A stretch of DNA of 64,000 nt from Micrococcales bacterium (GTDB lineage Bacteria; Actinomycetota; Actinomycetes; S36-B12; UBA10799), in the NCBI GenBank assembly GCA_016703125.1, contig JADJCR010000001.1, forward strand, positions 71,173 through 135,172. The letters are read 5' to 3'. Both the position numbers and the translations under genes were made by a program. The notes beneath the pieces are model-generated. The model worked only from the letters and a program-made list of their open reading frames with translations, made no database searches and was not told where the DNA came from. The first letter of the stretch is position 1. Every line of letters begins with the position of its first letter. Shown in pieces: positions 50,146 to 60,294 of the stretch.

Positions 50146-50795
50146 CGAAGCACCGGCTGGCGGCGTTCGCCGGGCTCGACACCGCCCACCAGGCGGCCGT
50201 GCGCCATGTCTACGAGTCGTCGTTCCCGCTCGCGCTGCGCGCACCGTGGGAGGAGATCACCGCCGGCCGCCCCGACGAGGAACTGCTCGTCCTCCTCGAC
50301 GATGAGAGCAGTGAGGCGCCGCCTGTGGGACTCGCCCTGTTCCGCCACCTGGGCGGCACGTCGATGTCCTTCCTGCGCTACTTCGTGGTTGATGCGACGC
50401 GACGCGGCGCCGGACACGGATCGGCACTGTGGTCGGCTCTGGTGGACCACCTTCGCGGCTCCGGATGCTCCATGCTGCTGCTCGACGTGGAGGATCCCGA
50501 CGGCCGGCCGCAGGATTCTGCGGAGCGGCGCGACGACCTGCGCCGCATCGACTTCTACCGGCGCCACGGTGTCCATCTGCTCGCGGTCCGCGATTACGCC
50601 CCGCCCGACCATGGGCAAGATGGTGAGGAGCCGCGCCTGCTGTTGATGGGCGCATCCCTGCCTCCTCTCCCGCTCAGGAGGGCACCCGCTGGGCCCGCCC
50701 TCCGCCACGCTGTGACGGCCGTGTACCGGGACCGGTACGGGCTCGACCCCGACCATCCCGTGGTGCGGGCCACCCTGCGGGCGTCCGGGCTGTAG
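50142..50795 (+). CDS. GNAT-family N-acetyltransferase
   Basis: The ATG overlaps the amidohydrolase stop (ATGA). It has an acetyl-CoA-binding motif, FVVDATRRGAGHGSALWSAL. Confidence 0.75.
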   Translation: MTKHRLAAFAGLDTAHQAAVRHVYESSFPLALRAPWEEITAGRPDEELLVLLDDESSEAPPVGLALFRHLGGTSMSFLRYFVVDATRRGAGHGSALWSALVDHLRGSGCSMLLLDVEDPDGRPQDSAERRDDLRRIDFYRRHGVHLLAVRDYAPPDHGQDGEEPRLLLMGASLPPLPLRRAPAGPALRHAVTAVYRDRYGLDPDHPVVRATLRASGL

Positions 50796-50823
50796 TGCTC
50801 GGCCGCGACTGGCACCACGCAAC

Positions 50824-51735
<912 letters not shown>

Positions 51736-51740
51736 GGGCC

Positions 51741-52505
51741 TCACAGCGGGGTGACGTACGCCCCGGAGATGCCGCCATCGACGAGGAAGTTCGACGCAGT
51801 GATGAACGAGGCGTCGTCGGAGGCCAGGAAAGCGACGGCGGCGGCGATCTCGGACGCCTCCGCGAACCGGCCCAGGGGGATGTGGACCAGCCGCCGCGCG
51901 GCGCGTTCGGGATCCTTGGCGAACAGCTCCACGAGCAGCGGAGTGTTCACCGGGCCGGGCGACAGGGCGTTGACCCGGATCCCCTCGCGGGCGAACTGCA
52001 CCCCGAGCTCGCGCGACATCGCCAGCACGCCGCCCTTGGAAGCGGTATAGGAAATCTGCGAGGTGGCCGCCCCCATCGTGGCCACGAAAGATGCGGTGTT
52101 GATGATCGATCCCTTGCCCTGCCGCTGCATGTAGGGGATGGCTTCCTTGCAGCACAAGTACACGCTGGTGAGGTTCACCTCCTGCACCCGCCGCCAGGCA
52201 TCCAGTCCCGTCTCCAGGATCGAGTCGTCATCGGGGCGGGAGATCCCGGCGTTGTTGAACGCGATGTCCACGCTGCCGAACGTCCCGAACGCCTCCCGGA
52301 ACACCGCGGCCACGTCGCCCGGGTCGGTCACGTCGCCGGTCACAGACAGGCCGTTGACCTCCGCGGCCACTGCCCCGGCTGCCTCCCCGTCGGTGTCGAA
52401 GCAGACCACCCGGGCGCCCTCCTCGGCGAACCGCAGTGCCGTGGCGCGCCCGATGCCGCTGCCTGCGCCGGTGATGACGGCCACCCTGTCGGCCAGTCGC
52501 AGCAT
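51741..52505 (-). CDS. SDR-family oxidoreductase
   Basis: Track ORF. Motifs are VAVITGAGSGIGRA, NNAGI and YTASKGGV. Confidence 0.85.
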   Translation of the reverse strand: MLRLADRVAVITGAGSGIGRATALRFAEEGARVVCFDTDGEAAGAVAAEVNGLSVTGDVTDPGDVAAVFREAFGTFGSVDIAFNNAGISRPDDDSILETGLDAWRRVQEVNLTSVYLCCKEAIPYMQRQGKGSIINTASFVATMGAATSQISYTASKGGVLAMSRELGVQFAREGIRVNALSPGPVNTPLLVELFAKDPERAARRLVHIPLGRFAEASEIAAAVAFLASDDASFITASNFLVDGGISGAYVTPL

Positions 52506-52507
52506 GT

Positions 52508-53872
52508 CTACTCCTCGGTGTCGATGAAGACGTTCTTGGTCTCGGTGAACGCCTCGAGGGCATCCGGGCCGAGCTCGCGCCCGAGACCGGACCGCTTGAA
52601 CCCGCCGAACGGCGTCCAGTAGCGCACCGACGAGTGCGAGTTGACCGAGAGGTTGCCGGCGTCGTGGGCCCGCGCAACGCGCAAGGCCCGCCCGAGGTCC
52701 CGAGTCCAGATGGAGCCCGACAGCCCGTACTCGGTGGCGTTCGCCAGCGTGATGGCGTCGGCCTCGTCGTCGAACGGGGTGACGGCCACCACCGGTCCGA
52801 AGATCTCCTCGGTGAAAGCGGCCGACCCGGGCGCGACCGGCGCGAGCACGGTCGGCGGGAACCAGAAGCCGGGGCCTTCGGGGGACGTACCGCGGAAGGC
52901 CACCGGCGCATCGTCAGGCACGTAGGCTGCCACCGATGCGCGGTGGCCTGCGGAGATCAGCGGTCCCATCTCCGCGCTGTCGCGGGTTGGGTCTTCGACC
53001 CGCACCCCCTGCACAGCCGGTTCCAGCAACTCCATGAACCGGTCGAACACGCTGCGCTGCACCAGGATCCGGGAGCGGGCGCAGCAGTCCTGGCCGGCGT
53101 TGTCGAACACGCCGTACGGCGCGGTGGCGGCGGCCTTGTCCAGGTCGGCGTCGGCGAAGACGATGTTGGCGCTCTTCCCCCCGAGTTCCAACGTCACCCG
53201 CTTCACCTGCGGGGCGCACTTGGCCATGAGGGCGGTGCCCACTTCGGTGGAACCGGTGAACACGATCTTGCGCACTGCCGGATGCGTGACGAGGCGTTCG
53301 CCAACCACTGAACCGGGGCCAGTCACCACGCTGAAGACGCCCGGCGGGATCCCCGCCTCCAGTGCCAACTGCGCGAGGCGCAGGGCCGTGAGTGGGGTCA
53401 TTTCGGCCGGTTTGAGAACGACGGTGTTGCCCGCTGCCAGCGCGGGGGCGAAACCCCACCCGGCGATCGGCATCGGGAAGTTCCAGGGCACAATCACGCC
53501 GACGACGCCCAGTGGCTCCTGGAAGGTCAGGTCGACACCGCCGGGCACCGGGATCTGCTTGCCGTGCAATCGCTCGGGCGCCGCTGCGTAGTAGTGCAGG
53601 ACATCGCGGACGTTGCCGGCCTCCCAGCGGGCGTTGGCGATGGTGTGGCCGGAGTTGTGGACCTCGATAGCGGCCAGTTCCTCCACCTGGGCGTCCACCA
53701 GGACGGCGAACCGCCGCAGCAGACGGCCCCGATCACCGGGGGCGACCGCCCGCCACGCCGGGAAGGCCGCCTGGGCGCCGGAGATGATCTCGTCGACGGC
53801 CTCCACGGTCATGCGGGGGACGTCCGCGACGACCTCTTCGGTGGCGGGGTTGATGACGGCGAATGTCTGCAT
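52508..53872 (-). CDS. NAD(P)-dependent aldehyde dehydrogenase
   Basis: Track ORF. Motifs are VIVPWNFP, FTGSTEVG, ELGGKSANIV and NAGQDCCARSRILV. Confidence 0.88.
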   Translation of the reverse strand: MQTFAVINPATEEVVADVPRMTVEAVDEIISGAQAAFPAWRAVAPGDRGRLLRRFAVLVDAQVEELAAIEVHNSGHTIANARWEAGNVRDVLHYYAAAPERLHGKQIPVPGGVDLTFQEPLGVVGVIVPWNFPMPIAGWGFAPALAAGNTVVLKPAEMTPLTALRLAQLALEAGIPPGVFSVVTGPGSVVGERLVTHPAVRKIVFTGSTEVGTALMAKCAPQVKRVTLELGGKSANIVFADADLDKAAATAPYGVFDNAGQDCCARSRILVQRSVFDRFMELLEPAVQGVRVEDPTRDSAEMGPLISAGHRASVAAYVPDDAPVAFRGTSPEGPGFWFPPTVLAPVAPGSAAFTEEIFGPVVAVTPFDDEADAITLANATEYGLSGSIWTRDLGRALRVARAHDAGNLSVNSHSSVRYWTPFGGFKRSGLGRELGPDALEAFTETKNVFIDTEE

Positions 53873-55225
53873 CTAGAGCCTTTCGAAACCGCGGTAGCGC
53901 TCCCAGTCCGTCACAGCCTCACCGAAGGCCTGCAGTTCGATGCGGGCCATGTTCGCGTAGTGCTGCTGGACCTCCTCGCCGAACGTGGCGGCCACCCACG
54001 GCGAGGACTCCCACAGGTGCAGGGCGGTGGTCAGGTTGTCCGGCAGGCGATCGGTCTGCACCTGGTAGGCGTTCCCACTCAGCGCCGGCTCGAGTTCGAG
54101 GCCCTGCTGGATCCCGTCGAGACCGGCCGCGACCATTGCCGCCACCGCGAGATAGGGGTTCACATCACCGCCCGGGGCGCGGTTCTCCAGTCGTAGCGAC
54201 GGTCCGTGCCCCACCAGCCGGAGCGCGCACGTCCGGTTGTCCCGGCCCCACCTGATGGCGGTGGGGGCGAACGATCCGGGCACGAAGCGCTTGTACGAAT
54301 TGATGTTCGGCGCGAAGAGCAGCGAGACCTCGCGCATGTGGGCCAGTTGCCCGGCGATGAACGCCCGGCCCAGCGCGGACAGGCCGTCGGGATCGGTGTC
54401 GTCAGCCAGGACCATCTCGTCCTGGTGTCCGCGCAGTGAAAGGTGGATGTGGCAGGAGTTGCCCTCACGGTGGTCGTACTTCGCCATGAACGTGATCGCC
54501 GTGCCCTCCTGCGCCGCGATCTCCTTGGCTCCGGTCTTGTAGACCACGTGGTCGTCGCAGGCGGTCAGTGCGTCGGCGTAACGGAAGACGATCTCGTGCT
54601 GACCGTGGTTGCACTCGCCCTTGACACTCTCGACGTACATCCCCGCGCCGGCCATGGCCAGGCGAATGCGGCGCAGCAGCGGTTCGATCCGCGAGGTGCC
54701 CTGGATCGAGTAGTCCACGTTGTACTGGTTGGCCGGGCTCAGGTCCCGATACCCCTGACGCCAGGCCTGCTCGTAGGAGTCACTGAAGACGATGAACTCG
54801 AGTTCTGTGCCCGCGAAGGCCTGCAGTCCGGCGTCTGCGAGCCGGGCGAGCTGCGCCTTGAGCACCTGCCGCGGGCTGGCATCGACGCCGCGACCGTCCT
54901 CCCACAGGACATCGGCCTGCACCATCGCCGTGGCCGGGTGCCAGGGGATACGCCGCAGTGTCCCGAAGTCCGGCTGCATGACGAAGTCGCCGTAGCCGCT
55001 GTGCCAGGAAGCCATCTGGTAGCCGTCGACGGTGTTCATGTCCACGTCCACGGCCAGCAGGTAACTGCACCCCTCAGTTCCGTGATGCGCGACCTGTTCG
55101 AGGAAGAAGGGTCCGTGCAGCCGCTTGCCCTGCAGCCGGCCTTGCATGTCGGTCATTGCGACGATGACCGTCTCGATGTGACCGGCGTCGATCTCCTGGC
55201 GTAGCACCGGCAAGTCGAAGGTCAT
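53873..55225 (-). CDS. Glutamine-synthetase-family protein (gamma-glutamyl-amine synthetase type, GlnA2/3/4- or PuuA-like)
   Basis: Track ORF 53873..55321 trimmed to the ATG at 55225 (MTFDLPVLRQEIDAGHIETVIV...). GS catalytic-domain motifs are GTELEFIVF, KGECNHGQHEIVF, NSCHIHLSL and NSYKRF. Confidence 0.88.
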   Translation of the reverse strand: MTFDLPVLRQEIDAGHIETVIVAMTDMQGRLQGKRLHGPFFLEQVAHHGTEGCSYLLAVDVDMNTVDGYQMASWHSGYGDFVMQPDFGTLRRIPWHPATAMVQADVLWEDGRGVDASPRQVLKAQLARLADAGLQAFAGTELEFIVFSDSYEQAWRQGYRDLSPANQYNVDYSIQGTSRIEPLLRRIRLAMAGAGMYVESVKGECNHGQHEIVFRYADALTACDDHVVYKTGAKEIAAQEGTAITFMAKYDHREGNSCHIHLSLRGHQDEMVLADDTDPDGLSALGRAFIAGQLAHMREVSLLFAPNINSYKRFVPGSFAPTAIRWGRDNRTCALRLVGHGPSLRLENRAPGGDVNPYLAVAAMVAAGLDGIQQGLELEPALSGNAYQVQTDRLPDNLTTALHLWESSPWVAATFGEEVQQHYANMARIELQAFGEAVTDWERYRGFERL

Positions 55226-55229
55226 CTGT

Positions 55230-55469
55230 TCAGCCCTCGACGATGTCGCCCTCGGCGCGCTCGACCCCGATGCCCTGGCCGGCCAGATACTGCTTGGCCC
55301 GGCGGATGCTCTCAGCGTCACCGTCGAGTTCCACGACCATCCACCCGAGGTGGTTCTCGATCGCCGCGCGGCGGATGTTGGGGATGACGTCGAAGTCGGT
55401 CACGATCCGGTAGATCACCGGCTCGGTGGCCCGGGTCTCGGGGAAGGTCAGCAGGAGGTGTTCGGCCAT
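55230..55469 (-). CDS. NIL-domain-containing protein (79 aa)
   Basis: Track ORF. LLLTFPETRATEPVIYRIVTDFDVIPNIRRAAIENHLGWMVVELDGD matches the stand-alone NIL (MetN C-terminal-like) fold pattern. Confidence 0.75.
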   Translation of the reverse strand: MAEHLLLTFPETRATEPVIYRIVTDFDVIPNIRRAAIENHLGWMVVELDGDAESIRRAKQYLAGQGIGVERAEGDIVEG

Positions 55470-55556
55470 GGTGGCAGCCTACGCGCCGGCAGGTGTCTCG
55501 TGCGGTGCTGTCCGCCCGTGGGTTCGCGTGCCCGAGGTCCCCTTTAGCCTTTACCC

Positions 55557-56585
55557 ATGGCATATCGGATCGCGACCATCCCCGGCGACGGGATCGGCTC
55601 AGAGGTGGTGGAACAGGCGCTGCGGGTGCTTGCAGCCACGGGTGTCGCCATCGAGACCACCGAGTTCGATCTCGGAGCGGCCCGGTACAACGCCACAGGC
55701 GAGGTCCTGCCCGATGCTGAGCTCGAGTCGATCCGCTCCTACGACGCCATCCTGCTCGGTGCAGTGGGTGACCCCAGCGTTCCGCCCGGTGTCCTCGAGC
55801 GCGGGCTGCTGCTGAGACTACGGTTCGGGCTCGACCACCACGTCAACCTGCGCCCGGTGAAGCTCTACCCCGGTGTGCGCACCCCGCTGGCGGGCAAGGG
55901 CCCTGAACACATCGACATGGTCGTGTGCCGCGAGGGCACGGAAGGACCGTATGTCGGGGCCGGCGGGGCCATGCGGGTGGGGACGCCGCACGAGATCGCG
56001 GTCGAAGAGAGCCTCAACACCCGCTTCGGCGTGGAGCGCATCGTGCGCGACGCGTTCCAGCGGGCCTCCCGCCGCCGGGGCAAGGTCACGCTCGTGCACA
56101 AGACCAACGTCCTGACCAACGCCGGCTCGCTGTGGCAGCGGACGTTCGAAGAGGTGGCTGAGAAGTACCCGGACATCGAGACCGACTACTGCCACGTCGA
56201 CGCCGCGAGCATGTTCTTCTTGACCTCGCCCGAGCGCTTCGACGTCGTGGTGACCGACAACCTGTTCGGCGACATCCTCACCGACATCGGTGCGGCCATC
56301 GCCGGCGGCATCGGGCTGTCTGCCAGCGGAAACCTCGATGTGACGCGCCGCAATCCGAGTATGTTCGAGCCTGTACACGGTTCGGCGCCGGACATCGCCG
56401 GGCAGGGTAAGGCCGATCCCACGGCCACCGTGCTCAGTGTGTCCATGATGCTGGACCACCTCGGTGAACAGGAGGCTGCGATGGCGGTTGAGAAGGCGGT
56501 GACCGAAGACCTGGCGACGCGTGGCGACGCCGTACGCAGCACCTCGCAGATCGGCGACGACCTCGTGGGACGGGTGACGGGATGA
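55557..56585 (+). CDS. leuB: 3-isopropylmalate dehydrogenase
   Basis: Track ORF. Motifs are [43 protein letters not shown] and [17 protein letters not shown]. Confidence 0.92.
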   Translation: MAYRIATIPGDGIGSEVVEQALRVLAATGVAIETTEFDLGAARYNATGEVLPDAELESIRSYDAILLGAVGDPSVPPGVLERGLLLRLRFGLDHHVNLRPVKLYPGVRTPLAGKGPEHIDMVVCREGTEGPYVGAGGAMRVGTPHEIAVEESLNTRFGVERIVRDAFQRASRRRGKVTLVHKTNVLTNAGSLWQRTFEEVAEKYPDIETDYCHVDAASMFFLTSPERFDVVVTDNLFGDILTDIGAAIAGGIGLSASGNLDVTRRNPSMFEPVHGSAPDIAGQGKADPTATVLSVSMMLDHLGEQEAAMAVEKAVTEDLATRGDAVRSTSQIGDDLVGRVTG

Positions 56586-57676
56586 CCGACTTCGCCATCG
56601 AACTGTCCCCGACGCCGCGCAACGACCAGCAGCGGCAGGCGATCCTCGCCGACCCCGGCTTCGGCCGACACTTCACCGACCACATGGTGAGCATCCGTTT
56701 CGACCGCGGGCGCGGGTGGTACGAGCCCAGCGTGGTCCCCTACGGGCCCATCTCCTTGGACCCGGCGACGAACTTCATCCACTACGGGCAGTCGATCTTC
56801 GAGGGGATGAAGGCCTACCGCCACGCCGACGGGCACATCCGCACGTTCCGGCCGCTGAAGAACGCGCACCGTTTCCGGGCCTCTGCCCGGCGACTGGCGA
56901 TGCCGGAGATTCCCGCGGAGATGTTCATCCAATCCCTGGTCGAACTCGCGCGCATTGATGGCGCCTGGGTGCCGTCGGACCCCGAGAAGTCGCTGTACCT
57001 GCGGCCTTTCATGTTCTCCACCGAGGTGGGGCTGGGGGTGAAGCCGGCGGATGAGTATCAGTACCTGCTCATCGCCTCGCCGGCTGGGGCCTACTTCCCG
57101 CGCGGTGTGGCGCCGGTGTCGGTGTGGCTCACCCCGGACTACGTTCGCGCAGCGGTGGGTGGAACCGGGGAGGCGAAGTGCGCAGGCAACTACGCCGCGT
57201 CCTTGATCGCCCAGGCCGAGGCGAGCCTGCACGGCTGTGACCAGGTGGTGTGGCTGGACGCCAAGGAGCACGAGTGGGTCGAGGAGATGGGCGGGATGAA
57301 CCTGTTCTTCGTCTTCGGCACCGGCGATTCCGCGCGACTGGTGACGCCGCCGCTGACGGGGTCGCTACTCCCCGGGGTGACCCGCGACTCGATCCTCATC
57401 ATGGCCCAGCAGGATCTCGGCATCTCAGTGTCCGAGGAGCCCGTGAGCGTCACCCAGTGGAAGGCCGGGTGCGAATCCGGTGAGATCTCCGAGGTCTTCG
57501 CCTGCGGCACGGCGGCCGTGATCACGCCGGTCGGGGAGGTCAAGAGTCGCATCGGTGCCTGGGCGGTGTCCGATGGCGGGGCAGGCCCGATCACGATGCG
57601 CTTGCGCAACGCCCTGCTCAGCCTGCAGTCGGGGCAGAGCCCGGACACTCACGCCTGGATGTACGAACTGGCGTGA
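56582..57676 (+). CDS. ilvE: Branched-chain amino-acid aminotransferase
   Basis: Track ORF that overlaps leuB by 4 nt. Motifs are [21 protein letters not shown] and [15 protein letters not shown]. Confidence 0.92.
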   Translation: MTDFAIELSPTPRNDQQRQAILADPGFGRHFTDHMVSIRFDRGRGWYEPSVVPYGPISLDPATNFIHYGQSIFEGMKAYRHADGHIRTFRPLKNAHRFRASARRLAMPEIPAEMFIQSLVELARIDGAWVPSDPEKSLYLRPFMFSTEVGLGVKPADEYQYLLIASPAGAYFPRGVAPVSVWLTPDYVRAAVGGTGEAKCAGNYAASLIAQAEASLHGCDQVVWLDAKEHEWVEEMGGMNLFFVFGTGDSARLVTPPLTGSLLPGVTRDSILIMAQQDLGISVSEEPVSVTQWKAGCESGEISEVFACGTAAVITPVGEVKSRIGAWAVSDGGAGPITMRLRNALLSLQSGQSPDTHAWMYELA

Positions 57677-57784
57677 CGGGCGGGTGGATCCCTCGCCCAG
57701 CGCCGCGGCCGGTCGGCACCCATGCCAGGCGACCCTCGCGCCCTGGGCGACCCTCGCATGCCGCCGATGTGCCACACTGGCCCC

Positions 57785-57823
57785 ATGCGTTCCGCGCTGA
57801 TTATCGACAGGCGCATCGGCTGA
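57785..57823 (+). promoter_or_regulatory. Putative cimA leader peptide ORF (MRSALIIDRRIG*)
   Basis: A 12-codon ORF lies 65 nt upstream of cimA and carries Leu-Ile-Ile plus a third Ile. Its 3' end is inside a perfect 9-bp inverted repeat, gcgcatcgg (57811-57819) / ccgatgcgc (57832-57840). A G-rich hairpin plus T5 follows. Confidence 0.45.
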
Positions 57824-57851
57824 CACCGTCACCGATGCGCTGACCCTCGTG

Positions 57852-57872
57852 CCCTCGGGCCCGGGGGTTTTT
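57852..57872 (+). terminator. Putative attenuator terminator in the cimA leader
   Basis: ccctcg-ggcc-cggggg forms a 6-bp stem with one G-U pair. ttttt follows, then the SD ggaagga and ATG 57889. Confidence 0.4.
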
Positions 57873-57888
57873 CGTTGGAAGGATTGAC

Positions 57889-59469
57889 ATGGACCAGCAG
57901 TTCCAGTTGTTCGACACCACGCTGCGCGACGGGGCGCAGCGCGAAGGCATCTCCTTCTCGGTGGAGGACAAACTGGCCATCTGTCGCCTGCTCGACGAGT
58001 ACGGCGTGGGTTTCATCGAAGGGGGCTGGCCCGGTGCCATGCCCAAAGACACCGAGTTCTTCGCCCGGGCCGCCGATGAACTGAAACTGCGCAACGCCAC
58101 CCTGGTCGCGTTCGGGGCCACCCGAAAAGCCGGTGTGGACGTGGCCGAGGACCCGCAGGTGGCGGCTCTGCTGGACAGTGGGGCGCCGGTGATCACGCTG
58201 GTCGCCAAGTCCGACATCCGGCATGTCCGGGAGGCGCTGCGGACGACCCCCGAGGAGAACCTCGCCATGGTCACCGACACAGTCCGGTACTTGTTGGCCC
58301 AGGGCCGCCGGGTCTTCGTCGACTGTGAGCACTTCTTCGACGGGTACAAACACGACGCCGACTACGCGGTCTCCGTGGCGCGCGCCGCGCTGGACGCCGG
58401 GGCCGAGGCGGCGGTGATGTGTGACACGAACGGCGGCATGCTGCCCACAGGCCTCTCCCGGATCGTCACGGACGTGCACTCCAAGGTGAGCGGCCGGCTC
58501 GGCATCCACTGTCAGGACGACACCGGATGCGCGATCGCGAACACCGTGGCAGCAGTCGAGGCCGGGGCCACTCATGCCCAGTGCACGGCCAACGGGTACG
58601 GAGAGCGCACCGGCAACGCCGACCTGTTCGTCGTGGCCGCGAACCTGGAACTCAAACTCGGACTGCAGGTACTGCCGGAAGGCCACCTGCGCGAATCCGT
58701 GCGGATCTCGCACGCCATCGCGGAGATCGCCAACATCGCCCCGGACACTCATCAGCCGTACGTCGGCGTCAGCTCCTTCGCGCACAAGGCCGGGCTTCAC
58801 GCCAGCGCACTGAAGGTCAACTACGACCTGTACAACCACGAGGACGCGTCCGTGGTGGGAAACGACATGCGGGTGCTGGTCACGGAGATGGCCGGGCGGG
58901 CGTCGGTGGAGTTGAAGGGCAAGGAACTCGGGTACGACCTCTCGGAGGACCCGGCGCTGCTCGCGCGCGTGGTCGATCGGGTCAAGGAGCTCGAGGCTCG
59001 CGGGTGGACGTTCGAAGCCGCGGACGCCTCCTTCGAACTGCTCATCGTCGATGAGCGCGAGCACGGCCGCACCCGTCCTTTCACCGTGGAGTCGTGGCGC
59101 ACCATCGTGGAGCAGCGCATCGACGGCGAGGTCGTCAGCGAGGCGACGGTGAAGGTGGTCGCCGACGATCAGCGGATGGTCGCGGTGGGGGAGGGCAACG
59201 GTCCGGTGAACGCGCTGGACAATGCCCTGCGCTCGGCGCTCACCGAGCTCTACCCCGAGCTGGCGGCCCTGCACCTCGTGGACTACAAAGTCCGCATCCT
59301 CGAGGGGGTCAGAGGCACCGGCGCGGTCACGCGCACGCTGGTCGGGACCACCGATGGTACGCGGCGGTGGGACACCGTCGGGGTGCACGAGAACGTCATC
59401 GCCGCGTCGTGGATGGCGCTCGAGGACGCGTTCGGCTACGGCCTGCTGGGAGTCGAGCGGGGGGACTGA
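57889..59469 (+). CDS. cimA: Citramalate synthase (LeuA/HCS family, CimA type)
   Basis: Track ORF. Motifs are LFDTTLRDGAQREGISFSVEDKL, IEGGWPGAMPKD, HCQDDTGCAIANT and GYGERTGNADL, plus a C-terminal LeuA_dimer-like domain. This architecture differs from the long LeuA at 29874..31583. Confidence 0.85.
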   Translation: MDQQFQLFDTTLRDGAQREGISFSVEDKLAICRLLDEYGVGFIEGGWPGAMPKDTEFFARAADELKLRNATLVAFGATRKAGVDVAEDPQVAALLDSGAPVITLVAKSDIRHVREALRTTPEENLAMVTDTVRYLLAQGRRVFVDCEHFFDGYKHDADYAVSVARAALDAGAEAAVMCDTNGGMLPTGLSRIVTDVHSKVSGRLGIHCQDDTGCAIANTVAAVEAGATHAQCTANGYGERTGNADLFVVAANLELKLGLQVLPEGHLRESVRISHAIAEIANIAPDTHQPYVGVSSFAHKAGLHASALKVNYDLYNHEDASVVGNDMRVLVTEMAGRASVELKGKELGYDLSEDPALLARVVDRVKELEARGWTFEAADASFELLIVDEREHGRTRPFTVESWRTIVEQRIDGEVVSEATVKVVADDQRMVAVGEGNGPVNALDNALRSALTELYPELAALHLVDYKVRILEGVRGTGAVTRTLVGTTDGTRRWDTVGVHENVIAASWMALEDAFGYGLLGVERGD

Positions 59470-59514
59470 CGTCCGGCGGCCACCGGCCCGCGACTGCGCA
59501 AGTAGGCTCGTCCC

Positions 59515-60294
59515 GTGAGGATTGCGCGCTACCGGCACGACGGGGATGTCAGTTACGGGATCGTGGACGGGGAGATCGTCCGGCAGATCGCGGGGACTCC
59601 GTTCCCGACGGTGGCCGGCATCGAGGTCACCGGTGCCGAGGTCCACATCGACGACGTGGATCTGCTCGCGCCGGTGCTGCCGACCAAGATCATCGCCGTG
59701 GCGAAGAACTACGTCGACCACGCCGCCGAGATGGGCGGGGACGTGCCGTCCGAACCGATGATCTTCCTCAAGCCCTCGACCGCTGTCATCGGCCCCGAGG
59801 CCGTCATCGCCTTGCCGGAGCAGTCCCAGCGGGTCGAGCACGAGGCCGAACTCGCAGTGGTCATCGGCCGGCTGTGCAAAGACGTTCCCGAGGACCGGGT
59901 GAACGACGTGGTCCTCGGCTACACGTGCGCCAATGACGTGACCGCCCGCGACCTGCAAGCCACGGATGGCCAGTGGGGCCGGGCCAAGGGGTTCGACACC
60001 TTCTGCCCGCTCGGGCCATGGATCAGCACGGATGTCGACCCCACCGACCTGGCGATCGAGTGCGAGGTCAACGATCAGATCCGGCAGGACGGAACGACCG
60101 CCGACATGGTCCGCGGTGTGCCCGAACTCGTCGCGTGGATCAGCCGGATCATGACGCTGGTGCCCGGCGATGTGATCCTCACCGGTACCCCGGCCGGCGT
60201 CGGGCCGTTGCGCACCGGCGACATGGTGACGGTCACGATCGAGGGCATCGGCACCCTCGACAACATGGTCAGCGACTCAGGAGTCTTCGCATGA
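59515..60294 (+). CDS. Fumarylacetoacetate hydrolase-family protein
   Basis: Track ORF with a GTG start. Motifs are [33 protein letters not shown] and [14 protein letters not shown]. Confidence 0.85.
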   Translation: MRIARYRHDGDVSYGIVDGEIVRQIAGTPFPTVAGIEVTGAEVHIDDVDLLAPVLPTKIIAVAKNYVDHAAEMGGDVPSEPMIFLKPSTAVIGPEAVIALPEQSQRVEHEAELAVVIGRLCKDVPEDRVNDVVLGYTCANDVTARDLQATDGQWGRAKGFDTFCPLGPWISTDVDPTDLAIECEVNDQIRQDGTTADMVRGVPELVAWISRIMTLVPGDVILTGTPAGVGPLRTGDMVTVTIEGIGTLDNMVSDSGVFA

